This document shows, one piece after another, positions 24,775 through 36,673 of a stretch of DNA of 64,000 bases. Numbering within the stretch: position 1 is the first letter of the stretch; every line of letters begins with the position of its first letter. This stretch comes from Octopus sinensis (taxonomy: Eukaryota), in NCBI RefSeq assembly GCF_006345805.1, contig NC_042997.1, positions 188,914,001 through 188,978,000 on the forward strand. Reading direction: 5' to 3'. The position numbers and the translations under genes are program-made. The notes under the pieces were generated by a model. It did not search any database. It worked only from the letters and a program-made list of their open reading frames with translations, and had not been told where the DNA came from.

Positions 24775-25083
24775 CCATGGGATTGCACCTAGAAAGTTAC
24801 CCTCCCAGGCACAAGTCTGGGTAAGGTTGTTTATGGAAGACCAGCAGTCGCCCATGCATACCGGCCTCCCCTCTCCACACCACTGATGTTATCCAAGGGA
24901 AAGGCAACGGCTGATACAGCTTGGCACCTGTGACGTTGCAACTCATTTGTACAGCTGAGTGAACTGGAGCAACATGAAATAAAGTGTCTTGCTCAAGAAC
25001 ACAGCATGCAGTCCGGTCTGGGATTCGAGCTCCCAATGTCACGATCGTAAGCTTGACGCTCTAACCGCTGAGCCATGCGCCTT
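24775..25083 (-). mobile_element. tRNA-derived CORE-type SINE (family E)
   Basis: Minus strand GCGCATGGCTCAGCGGTTAGAGCG head and GTGTTCTTGAGCAAGACACTTTA...CTCAGCTGTACAAATGAG; related copy at about 27930-28090. Confidence 0.75.
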
Positions 25084-25843
25084 TAAAGTATTGGGGACTT
25101 TATAGCAATAGTAGAAAACATCCTTCTATATACAGTTAATGACTGTAATAAGTTGATATATTTTCTTGCTTTGCAAGAACATGATGTCTAACCTATCATA
25201 TGTAGTCTGCCCTGGGTTAACTCTGATCAATCAAACCAATGAACAAAATGACTGTTACATCTTCTTTTTGTCTTTTTAGACACACTGTAGCTAGTACCAC
25301 ATTAATCAATGGGTTCATCTCAATTTTAATTAAGATGGCAATGTGTGATCTGGTGGTAATTTGAAGATTATTTCTGGCAGGGTTTTATGATTGTTATTTA
25401 TGACAATATTTGAGAGTATTATAGGGGTGTTTACTTAGTATGCCTGTAAATGTATGTTGGTGATTTTGAACGAGATAATTTCAAGTTCCCTGTTTATGGA
25501 ACCTGTCCCCTGAAAGAGATTAACCTATAAAACTGATGGAAAACCATTATGAAATTTGATTCATATTTGACCTTTTTGACGCTTGAGCAACATTAACTCT
25601 TTAGCATTCAGATTTATTTGAAAACTGGGAAAGGAGAGATGTTATTCAGCACCTGAAAAGAAGGTTCCCATGATCGTTTGGTAACAAATGTCATAAGAGT
25701 TGTTCTTGCTTTTAACCTATCGACATTCAAACATGTTAGAATTGTTAAAGTTGTTGCCTCTACTGGGGTGGGGGTGGGGGTGAGGAAGCATTGTATAATA
25801 AAGTTTTTGGGGCATTGTATATATAAGCATTATAGTATATATA

Positions 25844-25895
<52 letters not shown>

Positions 25896-26544
25896 TATAT
25901 ATGTGTATATATATATAAAAATATATATGTATGTATGTATGTACATACAGTGTACATTTAAACACATAAGAGATATACATCATAGCATACCTGGCACGCT
26001 AGAAGGAATAGCCAAAATCCAAACCACTATTAGGGATAAATTTTGAAGGGAATGAAAAATAAGAACATTTACCATCTATCTCCTAGACCATGGTTTCTGA
26101 CTCTATATTAGCAAATAAAATAATTTGCTAGGTGGAGTCTTCATCAACAGGTACGCCTAGATTAAACATATAAATACAAGACAATCCAGCATGTGCCCCA
26201 TGCTTATATATTATAATTTTTCAAATCCACTGTGCAAGCGCAGTTTTTTGTTGTCAGCAAATAAGTTAATGCCGGCGTTACTTTGAAAATTTGCCAAAAA
26301 TGATCAATAATTAATAATATCAGGGTAAGAAATAATTTTAGAAATTTTTTACTGCCAGTGGCCTAGCGTGTAGAAAAATTAGTCAATAGACTATATATTA
26401 TTCATCTAAATACAGTGTTCATTTAAACACATAAGAGGTATCCATCATGTATATGTATGTATATATATATATAGATGTATATGTATATATATGTATCTGT
26501 ATATATATGTATGTGTATCTATATATATGTATGTATATATAAGT

Positions 26545-27692
26545 ATATATGTACCCAATGTAAGCTATGGACACGTAAGACGTGCAGCAACATCAAAGGA
26601 AAATTAACCGAGAAGATAGCTTTCGTGTGCAGCAGATGCACAGGGGCAATAGACACCACAGATTCTCAGAAAACAGATTCCATTACACACCAGGGGGAGA
26701 AGCCAGAAGTAGTTGATAGTTTCCGCTACCTAGGTGACCAAGTTAGTAGTGGGGGTGGATGCTCAGAGAGTGTTACCACTAGAATAAGAATAGCCTGGGC
26801 AAAGTTCGCAAAGCCTCTTCCCCTCGCTCAGAGTGAATGGTAGATTGTACGATGCATGTGTGCGAACTGCCATGCTTCATGGCAGTGAAGCATGGTGTGT
26901 GACTGTGGAGGACATGCATAGGCTCGAAAAAATGAAGCTAGTATGATCCGCTGGATGTGTAATGTCAGTGTCCATGCACGACAGAGTGTAAGTGCCCTGA
27001 GAGAAATGTTGGACATAAGAAGCATTGAATGTGGCATGCAGGAGGGACGTTTGCATTGGTATGGTCATGTACAATGGAAGGATGAGGAGAGATGTGTGTG
27101 AAGAAATACCACTCCCAAACTGTTGAAGGAATACGGGGTAGAGGTAGACCCAGGAAGACATGAGATGAGGTGGTCGAGCATGACCTTCGAACGTTGGGCC
27201 TCACAGAGGCTATGACGAAAGACCGAGACCTCTGGAGATATGTTGTGACTGTGAAGACCCAACAAATGAAGTGAGTTCATGGCTCGGAGGACAGCCTGCT
27301 GTGCTTACCTTGGATTGCAGTACGTCAACATCAATATCAAAATAAAAGTCAAATGGAAATTGTAGTTATTATACCTGTGCCGGTGGTGCGTAAAAAGCAC
27401 CATCCGAACGTGGCTGATGCCAGCGCCGCCTGACTGGCGTCCGTGTTGGTGACATTTAAAAAGCACCAACCGATCGTGGCCGTTTGCCAGCCTTCTCTGG
27501 CCCCTGTGCCAGTAGCACGTAAAAAGCACCCACTACACTCACAGAGTGGTTGGTGTTAGGAAGGGCATCCAATTGTAGAAACACTGCCAGATCGGACTGG
27601 AGCCTGGTGCAGCCTTCTGGCTTCCCAGACACCGGTCGAACTGTCCAACCCATGCTAGCATGGAAAATGGAAGTTAAATCGATGATGATGAT
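26545..27692 (+). mobile_element. RTE-clade LINE 3' portion with (GAT)n tail
   Basis: Cys-rich CKLWT..CS...FVCSRC segment, VVDSFRYLG, RIRIAWAKF, LHGSEAW, RGRGRPRKT; frameshifts; 3' UTR ending in (GAT)n. Confidence 0.9.
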
Positions 27693-27782
27693 GTATATAT
27701 TTCTATTCCTGAGCGTTATACTAATACATCTGTTTGTTTTGTATACCATCTGTCTTCGTTTTTTTTTTTTTTCGTAAACTCT

Positions 27783-27848
<66 letters not shown>

Positions 27849-28429
27849 GGCACCACAATCTATTGCTAAACAACCACACAAATGGTCTGTTTAGCTCATT
27901 CCTCCATCCAGCTGACATTGCTTGTACAAGTTCCAGGTGTGCCACAAGTCAGATGTCAACATGATTGCAGAGCAAAGTGAAATGAAGTGTTTTGCTGCTC
28001 CAGAACACAATACACCATGGAATGGGAATCGAAACCACGATCTCACTATCCTGAGTACAACACCCTAATCACTGGGCCATGTGCCTTCAAATACATTGAT
28101 TGATTAATTGAGTCGTTCATTCATACTTTCTTCCTCTCCTTTTTTCTTGTCAATTATTTACCAGCTTCTTCAGTGTAATGAATTTAAACCCATCACCTAT
28201 TGAGAGTTAAGTGGTTTGCGCTGATGACAACTTAATGTATTTGTCACTGGAATACACAACTCTGCATGCATTGTTTGGTTGGTGGGTGGGAAATACGATA
28301 CAGTGATAACTAATTGCATTGATGCAAAACTTACAAAGGGAATATATTGGTGCAACAATTACTGTGATTTTATACCCACTTTTTTCAAACATTATGAATG
28401 TTATCTGAGAGAAATAATTGTGTATTATA

Positions 28430-28958
28430 GGTGCAAGCATGGCTGTGTGGTAAAACGTTTGCTTCTGAACCAAATGGTTCTAGGTTCATTCCCACCATGT
28501 GACACCTTGGGTGAGTGTCTTCCACTATAACATTCAGGTTGAACAAAGCCTTGTGAGTGGATTTGGTAGATGGAAACTGAAAGAAGCTTGTCATGAGTGT
28601 GTGCATATATGTATGTGTGTATATATATATATATATATAAATAGGCTCTTGGAGTGGTTGGTGTTATGAAGGGCATCCAGCTGTAGAAACTCTGCCACAT
28701 CAGATTGGAGCCTGGTGCAGCCATCTGGTTCGCCAGCCCTCAGTCAAATCGTCTAACCCATGCTAGCATGGAAATCGGACAGTAAATGATGATGATGATG
28801 ATGGTGAGCTGCCCGTGTGGATGTGTGGTAAGAAGCTTGCTTCCCAAGCACATGGTTCTGGGTTCAGTCCCACTATGGCACCTTTTACTATATCCTTGGG
28901 CCAACCAAAGCCTTGTGAGTGGATTTGGTAGACAGAAACTGAAAGAAGCTTGTCGTAT
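28430..28958 (+). mobile_element. Cluster: SINE A fragment, RTE tail (28645-28802), SINE A fragment
   Basis: Identity to the families defined elsewhere in the window. Confidence 0.75.
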
Positions 28959-28959
28959 A

Positions 28960-29596
28960 TAGTTGAATAAAGTTAAAACATGGTCTGGTTTTCACCTTTT
29001 TTTATTATGGTATTATAAAAAAATATAAAAAAAAATAATTGTAATGTTCATAAAGTTCAATTAGCACTTCATACGTTCATAGTAATCATCAGATTTCAAA
29101 ATATATTTAACTGACAATTGAGTTCTTGAGAGTTCCATGCAGATTGGTCAAAACCATATTCCAAAAATTGAGCTTGTTGGAGCATTCTAAGAGGTACTAA
29201 AGTTGTCAGGAACTCAATTGTCAGTTAACCCCTTCGTTACCAACCCAGCTAAAACCAGGTCTGGCTCTGAGTACAAATGTCTTGTTTTCATAAGTTTTGA
29301 ATTAAAATCTTCCACCAAACCTTAGTCACAATTTATGCTCCTAACACTAGCTGAATGATAACTATGTTATTTTAATAAATTCTTTGTTACATTTACAGTA
29401 ATTGAAAGAAACACAGAGCATCTCAAAATAAATATAGTAATGAAAGGGTTAAATACATTTTAAAATCTGATGATTACTATGAACATATGAAAGCTCTAAT
29501 TGAACTTTATGAACATTACAAAATATTTGTTATTAATGTTAAAATACCATAATAAAAAACATGAAAACCAGACCATGTTTTAACTTTATTCAACCG
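28960..29596. mobile_element. Foldback MITE with approx. 190-bp TIRs
   Basis: 28960-29150 is the inverted copy of 29206-29228 plus 29449-29596. Confidence 0.85.
29229..29448. mobile_element. piggyBac-like MITE nested in the foldback arm
   Basis: TTAA duplicated at 29225-29228 and 29449-29452; the opposite arm shows a single empty TTAA. Confidence 0.9.
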
Positions 29597-29627
29597 ATTA
29601 TTCTATTCACAATCACACAAATTCGGA

Positions 29628-29880
29628 ATCATCATCATCATTTAACATCCGTTTTCCATGCTGGCATGGGTTGGACAGTTTGACCGGGGTCTGAGAAGCC
29701 AGGTGGCTGCACCAGGCTCCAGTCTGATCTGGCAGTGTTTCTACAGCTGGATGCCCTTCCTAACGCCAACCACTCCATGTGAGTGCTTTTTACATGCCAC
29801 CAGCACAGGTTCCAGGCAAGGCTGGCAATGGCCATGACCGGTAGGTGCTTTTTACATGCCACTGGCACGGAAGCTAGTCA
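29628..29880 (-). mobile_element. RTE LINE 3' tail
   Basis: (ATC)n followed by the reverse complement of the RTE 3' UTR. Confidence 0.8.
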
Positions 29881-30063
29881 AGAGACTTATGCACCTGACC
29901 AGGTTCAACTGACCTCACGTTATCTTACTTCATCCATCACAAAACTCTCTGATGGTTGCTTTCATTTCCTAATTTCTGATGATCCAACCAGTGCTCTGAA
30001 CCACACTTACTGTATAGCATACTATAAATTAATATATATTATGTGTTTTATAATAAGAAATGA

Positions 30064-30643
30064 GGATCTTTGTGGTTTTTGTCACTGTTTATAATGACCT
30101 TTAAAGAAATTTTTTAATGTATCATATAGATGTAATTTTTGACGCTGAATCCGAATTTGTTATTCATTTATTCTAGGAAAATTTTGCAAAAATGTTTCAG
30201 GTATTCAAAGTTTGATAATTTCCAGAATTTTCAGCCAATCAGAAAATAGCACATTTGCTGCCTCTTCCATCATCAGTGGGTAGTGGGGCATTGGCATGTC
30301 AAAACATTAAACTAGGATTTTATAAAATAAATTATCTTTCTCGCATCTCCTTCTCCTCCATGTGCGCATGCACAGCATCTTTGTACTATGGAAACAGTTC
30401 TTCCCAATAAGCTATGCAACACGTGTTTCTTTGCTTTGGTTACTATGGAAATAAAAGTTTTTGCCACATGTTTGGCTAAAATACCTAAATTTTTCAAATT
30501 TTAAAGGCTACTAATTTTTTATTATGGATTTATAGGTAAAATGAATTTCATTTTCATGATTAGTATACAAAACCTAATCCTTATATCAAATTTGAAAACA
30601 ATTGGTACAGAATTGTAAACAGTACCGAAAACCACAAAGATCC
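30064..30643. mobile_element. GGATC-terminus MITE
   Basis: TIR GGATCTTTGTGGTTTT / AAAACCACAAAGATCC; perfect 8-bp TSD AGAAATGA. Confidence 0.85.
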
Positions 30644-31099
30644 AGAAATGAATAGAATATGCATTCATTATTGTAATAAATAAACAAATATTTATTGGTA
30701 GAAATTTATCAAAGGATAAATATTTTCATTTAGTAAACTTATAATATATAAAAGACGTGGAAGTTGAAAGGCAAGTATTCACCACATTCTCTTTTCCCAG
30801 CTTACATCACCATCTCTATCGCTGAACAAGATTTAATGTTCATTCAAAAGTAATATTCTTTTGTAATTTTGAAAATTCTCCTCCCACCCCCAGCGAACAA
30901 CATTTACAAGTAATCCAGAAAATGCTCAGCGTTGATGTATAAACAACAACTTTAGCATATCAAGCAGGAAGTTGTCTTTCTCACAATTTTCAATATCACA
31001 GGCTTGCAGACAATTCATTTAAAATCATGCTTTTAATTTGTGCACACACATGTGCGCACAAGCACACACACACACACACATTACCTTGATGAAGGTGCA

Positions 31100-31450
31100 T
31101 CCAGAATGTACCTCTATTTGGAGGGAGAGAGGGCTGCATCAGCACTCAGCTGGTATTCATGCCCTCCGTCGTCAACCAGGAGAATTCATCTATGAAGCAA
31201 TTGTCCCAGCTCCCCTTCAGGGTTGGTGAAAGCGATGTGGTGGACAACAAAAAACCTGGCTGATGACAGTCAAGGCTGATCTGGAACCCAACCTAGGCCC
31301 CCATATCTACGGTGTTCACCACTGGAATAGGGAGTGGTTGGAGATCACGCAGTCGTTAGCCTCAAATCGTCGGCATTTGTGAGAGATGCAGCATTGAGGA
31401 TGAATGAAGCCAGCTCAACCCACTCCAGGTGAATGCTGTCTCAAGAAAGA
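31100..31450 (+). mobile_element. RTE LINE C-terminal fragment (second family)
   Basis: HALRRQPGE...GGQQKTWLMTVKADLEP...WNREWLEITQSLASNRR. Confidence 0.7.
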
Positions 31451-32324
31451 AGACTCACGGCTGAGCGGACTGAACCAAAATGAAAATGAAGTGATTTTTT
31501 TTTTCAGGGACATAATACACCAACCAGTTGAGGAATTGAACCCCCATGTTCTTCCGATCAAGACCCAAAGAAACTAACCACTAGGCTATGCATCTTTAGG
31601 ATTAAAAGTAGTCAAGCAGGAAGATAATGAGATTTGATGTTTAGCTCAATTTATCTCATCTTTGTGAAATAAACAAATAATGTATCTGTTTATCATTTGT
31701 CATACATAGATAAGAGATAATCTAGCTGATTAATTCTCTTTGAACTATTACTTCTATTAGGTTATGCAACCATCCTACTTTCTATCGAATCAGCTCAGGA
31801 TACTTCTGTTAACCCACATAATGGGTTCAATAATTATACATCTTCAAAGGGATCGTTAATGATTTCTGTTAAAAGAATTATTTACATAAATCATAATGGT
31901 TACACACACAGGCGTAGTCTTCCAACATTATAGTTAATTCATTTGAAATGAGTATTATTCTACATGAATCAACAAACGCCATTCATTTGAAGTTAATGTT
32001 ATATATATATATATATATATATATGACTTTTCTGAAGAATAAGTCTCCCTATATAGTGTTCACAGAAGCAATTTGACAACCCGATTAGCACATCATCATA
32101 ATCAACATAATCATTGTAATCATTATAATCATCATCATCATTGTTATCTATAATTGGTTGTTGTTGTCATTGTCATCACTGTCATCGTCACTGTCATCAT
32201 CATCATCATCATCACAATCTTTTCATTCTCATGGTAATTTTTAACATCACCATTCTCCTCATTAGCATGATCATTATAATTTTCATTGTCATGTATTTGG
32301 ATAGTGGAGGGACCAGCTATGATT

Positions 32325-32737
32325 AGACAGCTCCCTAGTAGATAAAGCAATTAAGGGTATGAAGCCAGGAAAAGCCCCCGGCCTATCAGGAATCACTGCT
32401 GAGATGCTTAAAACATCTGGTGGTGTGGGCTATCGCCTAGTCACCCGCATTGTAAACCAGGTAGTTCATAATGGAGTCATACCCAATGACTGGCATAGCA
32501 GCACCTTAGTCAACTGCTACAGCCTCCCCTAGCACCTGTGCTGGTAGCACGTAAAAAGCACTCACTACACTCATGGAGTGGTTGGCGTTAGGAAGGGCAT
32601 CCAGCTGTAGAAACACTGCCAGATGAGACTGGAGCCTGGTGCAGCCTCCTGGCTTCCCAGACCCTGGTCGAACTGTCCAACCCGTGCTAGCATGGAAAAC
32701 AGAGATTAAACAATGATGATGATGACGATGATGATGA
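32325..32737 (+). mobile_element. Internally deleted RTE (RT N-terminus fused to 3' tail)
   Basis: AIKGMKPGKAPGLSGITAEMLK...IPNDWHSSTLVNCY followed directly by the 3' UTR and (GAT)n. Confidence 0.85.
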
Positions 32738-33411
32738 ACATCATCATTACTATCAAGATAGCAATCATCATTTCTATATTCAACACGACTGATTTTTTTT
32801 TTTTGTCTTTACTTCACTGCAATATCCACAGAATTGACTGATATTAGAATCTCAGCGTCGCTTTTGCTTCCATCACCTATTCTTTTCTAGGAAAGAAAGC
32901 CTATTGTCTCTTTTAGCATGGTCATGAGACTGTTATTGCTTGTAAACAAGGAGAGAGAGAGCGAGAGAGAGAGAGAGAGAGAGTGTGTGTGTATGTGTGT
33001 GTGTGTGTGCGTGCCTATGCATGCATGCATGTGTGTATAATTGAAAAATAATGTAGTGTATTAATTTGTCTGTGTTGTCAATATCACATGTGTTGTAGGT
33101 TTATGATTTCTCTTAATACCTGGCTGCACTCTAATTTATTTAGGTCAGTGTTTTTCAGTATAATATGTATGTATGTATGTATGCATGCATGCATGTATAT
33201 AGATATGAATATGTATGCATATGCACGTATATATGTATACATATACATCTGTATATAGGTGTATATATACATATAAATGTATATACATGTATATATAGAC
33301 ATATGCATATATATTGTATATATATATATATAATAATATTAGGGAGTAAATCCAAACTTACAGGGAAAAGTTAGATTTAAGATTAAATCTAATTTTATAG
33401 TATAAATAAAT

Positions 33412-33652
33412 ATATTAAATTAGAGATAAAACCACTATTAGGCAAATCAAACAGTGAAAATCATAAGCCAATACATAGAAATATAATTAATTAAAAAAAA
33501 TATAAAATATAAAAAATATAAAATTCCAAATTAATTTGGAATTTTATATTTTTTATATTTTATATATTTTTAATTAATTATATTTCTATGTATTGGCTTA
33601 TGATTTTCACTGTTTGATTTGCCTAATAGTGGTTTTATCTCTAATTTAATAT
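33412..33652. repeat. Near-perfect spacerless palindrome (approx. 120-bp arms)
   Basis: Centre CCAAATT|AATTTGG at 33532/33533; the arms differ only in one A-run. Confidence 0.95.
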
Positions 33653-33837
33653 GATATATATATATATAATATATATATATATATACACATACATATGTAT
33701 GTATACAAATACATGTTTATATAATATATATATATATATATATATAAATAAAGGTACAAGGCCATGCTGGCCACTTGATAATATCGATATTATCCTTATT
33801 TATAAATATATATATATATATAATATATATTTGTGTG

Positions 33838-33878
<41 letters not shown>

Positions 33879-34144
33879 TACTGTTCTGTTATTAGTTAAG
33901 ATCAACAAAGAAAGTAATCTATCCAGTAATAGTTAAGTATCATTTAATAAACAAATTCACATCTCCACTGTTTCCAAACAAGGTAATATTTTCCCCCATT
34001 GCTAGACATTTTTTTCATGGAAAACTGGAAATCAACAACCTCACTTGTATGACTGTGATGCTCATTTACAACCATCACATGATGTCAAGACAAGGACACA
34101 CACACACACACACACACACACATGATGGGCTTCTTTCAGTTTAT

Positions 34145-34595
34145 CATCATCATCATCGTTTAGCTTCTGCTTTCCATGCTAGCATGGGTTGGATGGTTCA
34201 ACTGGGGTCTGGGAAGCCAGAAGGCTGCACCAGGCCCAGTCTGATCTGGCAATGTTTCTACGACTGGATGCCCTTCCTAATGCCAACCACTCCATGAGTG
34301 TAGTGGGTGCTTTTTACGTGCCACCGGCACAGGTGCCAGACGAGGCTGGCAACGGCCACGATCAGATGGTGCTTTCTACGTGCCATATATATATATATAT
34401 ATGTGCATGTATTTATATGTATCTCATCATCATTCATATTAGTGGCACGTATAAAGCACCCAGCTTTTGGTGTTAGGAAGGGTAGCCAGCCATAGAAACC
34501 ATGCCACAACAGACTATTGGAGTCTGGACTGTTCCTCAGCTGATCAGCTCTTGTCAAACTGTTCAACCCATGCCAGCATGGAAAACAGATGTTCA

Positions 34596-34628
<33 letters not shown>

Positions 34629-34880
34629 GTGGTGGTCGTGGTGGTGGTGGTGGTGGTGGCCATCATCATTATCATCATCATCCTTTAATGTCTGTTTTCC
34701 GTGCTTGAATGGGTTGGGCAGTTTGACCAAAATTGGCAAGCAGGAGAGCTGCACCAGGTTCCAGTTTAATTTGGCGTGAGTTTTACAGCTAGATGCTCTC
34801 CCTTATGCCAAACACTTTACAGTGAATGTTAGGTGCTTTCAACGTGACACTGGCATAAGTGCTTTTCGTGTGGCACCAGC
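34145..34880. mobile_element. Three RTE 3' tails in alternating orientation (-,+,-)
   Basis: About 34145-34380 (-), 34465-34625 (+), 34670-34880 (-). Confidence 0.75.
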
Positions 34881-35001
34881 ACAGGGCTCTTGCCGACCAA
34901 TCCTATTCACCAAAGGAAGCAACATCAACACTTCTGCTCTGGAGGACGGGTCTTTATATAAACATACATACTCATGTGTTTTAATCTTTTAATCGTTTTA
35001 G

Positions 35002-35211
35002 AATCCGAATACCAGGCATCTTGTGCCACCCATTGATGTTTTGTGGATCACAGGATCAGAAGGTGGAAACTATTATTATTCATTTGGTGGTTGTCACAGA
35101 TTTGAAGCATACACAGCTTTACAGGAGAAAAGCATTCCTTGTAAACTAATTAAAGGTACAGCAGAAGACCTTAAGGTTTACATGGGATCATCTGCTCCTG
35201 ATCTTCGATAG
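35002..35211 (+). CDS. SRXN1: Sulfiredoxin, coding exon 2 (69 codons + stop; full protein 153 aa)
   Basis: Acceptor GTTTTAG/AAT in phase 0; [30 protein letters not shown] contains the catalytic FGGCHR (35083-35100); ends [13 protein letters not shown]. Confidence 0.96.
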   Translation, partial: NPNTRHLVPPIDVLWITGSEGGNYYYSFGGCHRFEAYTALQEKSIPCKLIKGTAEDLKVYMGSSAPDLR

Positions 35212-35357
35212 AAAAGGTAAATATTGTCTTTTTTTTAAGACGAAACATTTTACTCTATTTATGTTGATCTTTTTAGCTTAGTGCTAGGTCACAAATTTCT
35301 GTTTGTACAGTCAGTTAAATTAACTCCATTATACTATTGGTATTATCTTATTGATTA

Positions 35358-35612
35358 TCCATGGCTCATAAGGGCCGGTTTCCCGGTTTCCTTGGCGTAT
35401 AGGTTCCCCACCTGGATGGGATGCTGGTCCGTTGCAGGTGAGCTGTAAGATGCAGGAGAAATTTGTGGTGAAAGAGTCAGCAGAAGTTTGCCATTACCTT
35501 CTACCGGAGCCGCGTGGAGCTTAGGTGTTTTGCTCATAAACACACACATCGCCTGGTCTGAGATTCGAACCCGCAATCCCTCAACTGCGAGTCCGCTGCT
35601 CAAATCACTAGG
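35358..35612 (-). mobile_element. SINE family C
   Basis: Similar to the 3364-3677 and 2447-2679 copies. Confidence 0.8.
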
Positions 35613-35647
35613 CTTTGTACCTTCACTCTCTCTCTCTATATATATAT

Positions 35648-35804
35648 ACAATTTATAAGTAAGGGCAAAAGAAAAAAATTTCTAATACCAAGCACTATAA
35701 GCACGTGCTTGTAGTGATAAATTACATGGTTATTGACGTAGTGTCCATTTTCGGCATATTTTGGCATTAAAAATTTTTTTCTTTTGCCCTTACTTATAAA
35801 TTGT
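35648..35804. repeat. Inverted repeat (approx. 43-bp arms) next to (TA)n
   Basis: ACAATTTATAAGTAAGGGCAAAAGAAAAAAATTT / AAATTTTTTTCTTTTGCCCTTACTTATAAATTGT. Confidence 0.85.
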
Positions 35805-35899
35805 TTATAAATTCAACCTTTAAAGGTATTTTTTAATATACTGGCCATTGATAGAATTTTTTTTTTTTCGAAAAATTCTATCCTATATTAGATGTTATA

Positions 35900-36033
35900 T
35901 CATCATCATTTAACGTCCCCTTTCCATGCTAGCGTGGGTTGGACGGTTCAACTGGGGTCTGGGAAGCCCGAAGGCTGCACCAGGCCAGTCAGATCTGGCA
36001 GTGTTTCTACAGCTGGATGCCCTTCCTAACGCC
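35900..36033 (-). mobile_element. RTE LINE 3' tail
   Basis: Reverse complement of the RTE tail with (ATC)n. Confidence 0.8.
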
Positions 36034-36641
36034 ATGCCCTTCCTAAAAGTTTTAATGAATCTCAGTGAGAGTTGAACTCGTGACATATAGAGATGTAACT
36101 AGAACTACAGAGTGTTTCACCTGCATTTCTATTTCAGCCACACCACTGTTTGTATTTACTCCATAAACAGTGAAGGTGACTCTAAGTGTTATTCAATTGG
36201 CTAAAAACAATGTCCCAGTCTTTTTTGAACCACGTTGTACAGTCTTAAAAAGAAAAAGTGAACCAACTGGAATCTGTAAATACACTGTGTCTGAAAATTC
36301 CACAAAATAGTAAATTACTGGTATACGTTCGACTGCAGGTTTCCTTGATCAAGGATGACCTTGGGTTAAAATAACACTAACAACTCCATAAACACTTCTG
36401 GATATATGTGCTGAAGCACATTAACCGTCTGACCAAGTTAAACTTGATCTTCTCCTCCACCAGCCTTTCTCCCACTAACCTACAGTTATACACAATTAGA
36501 CTCTAACCTACATTGTAAATGCATATTAAAGTGGACTTTGTGATTTGTCAACCAATTAGAAGCTTTGTATATACTGTGTTAGATCGATTTGTTGAGCCAG
36601 ATGCTTGATTGACTGCCTACATGCTATACTTGTATTTTACA

Positions 36642-36673
36642 ACACTTTGATCTTAGCCAAAAGGCCGAGAAGC
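36642..36673 (-). pseudogene. U2 snRNA 5' fragment (32 nt)
   Basis: Minus strand GCTTCTCGGCCTTTTGGCTAAGATCAAAGTGT matches the conserved U2 5' end; similarity stops at the branch-point recognition sequence. Confidence 0.9.
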
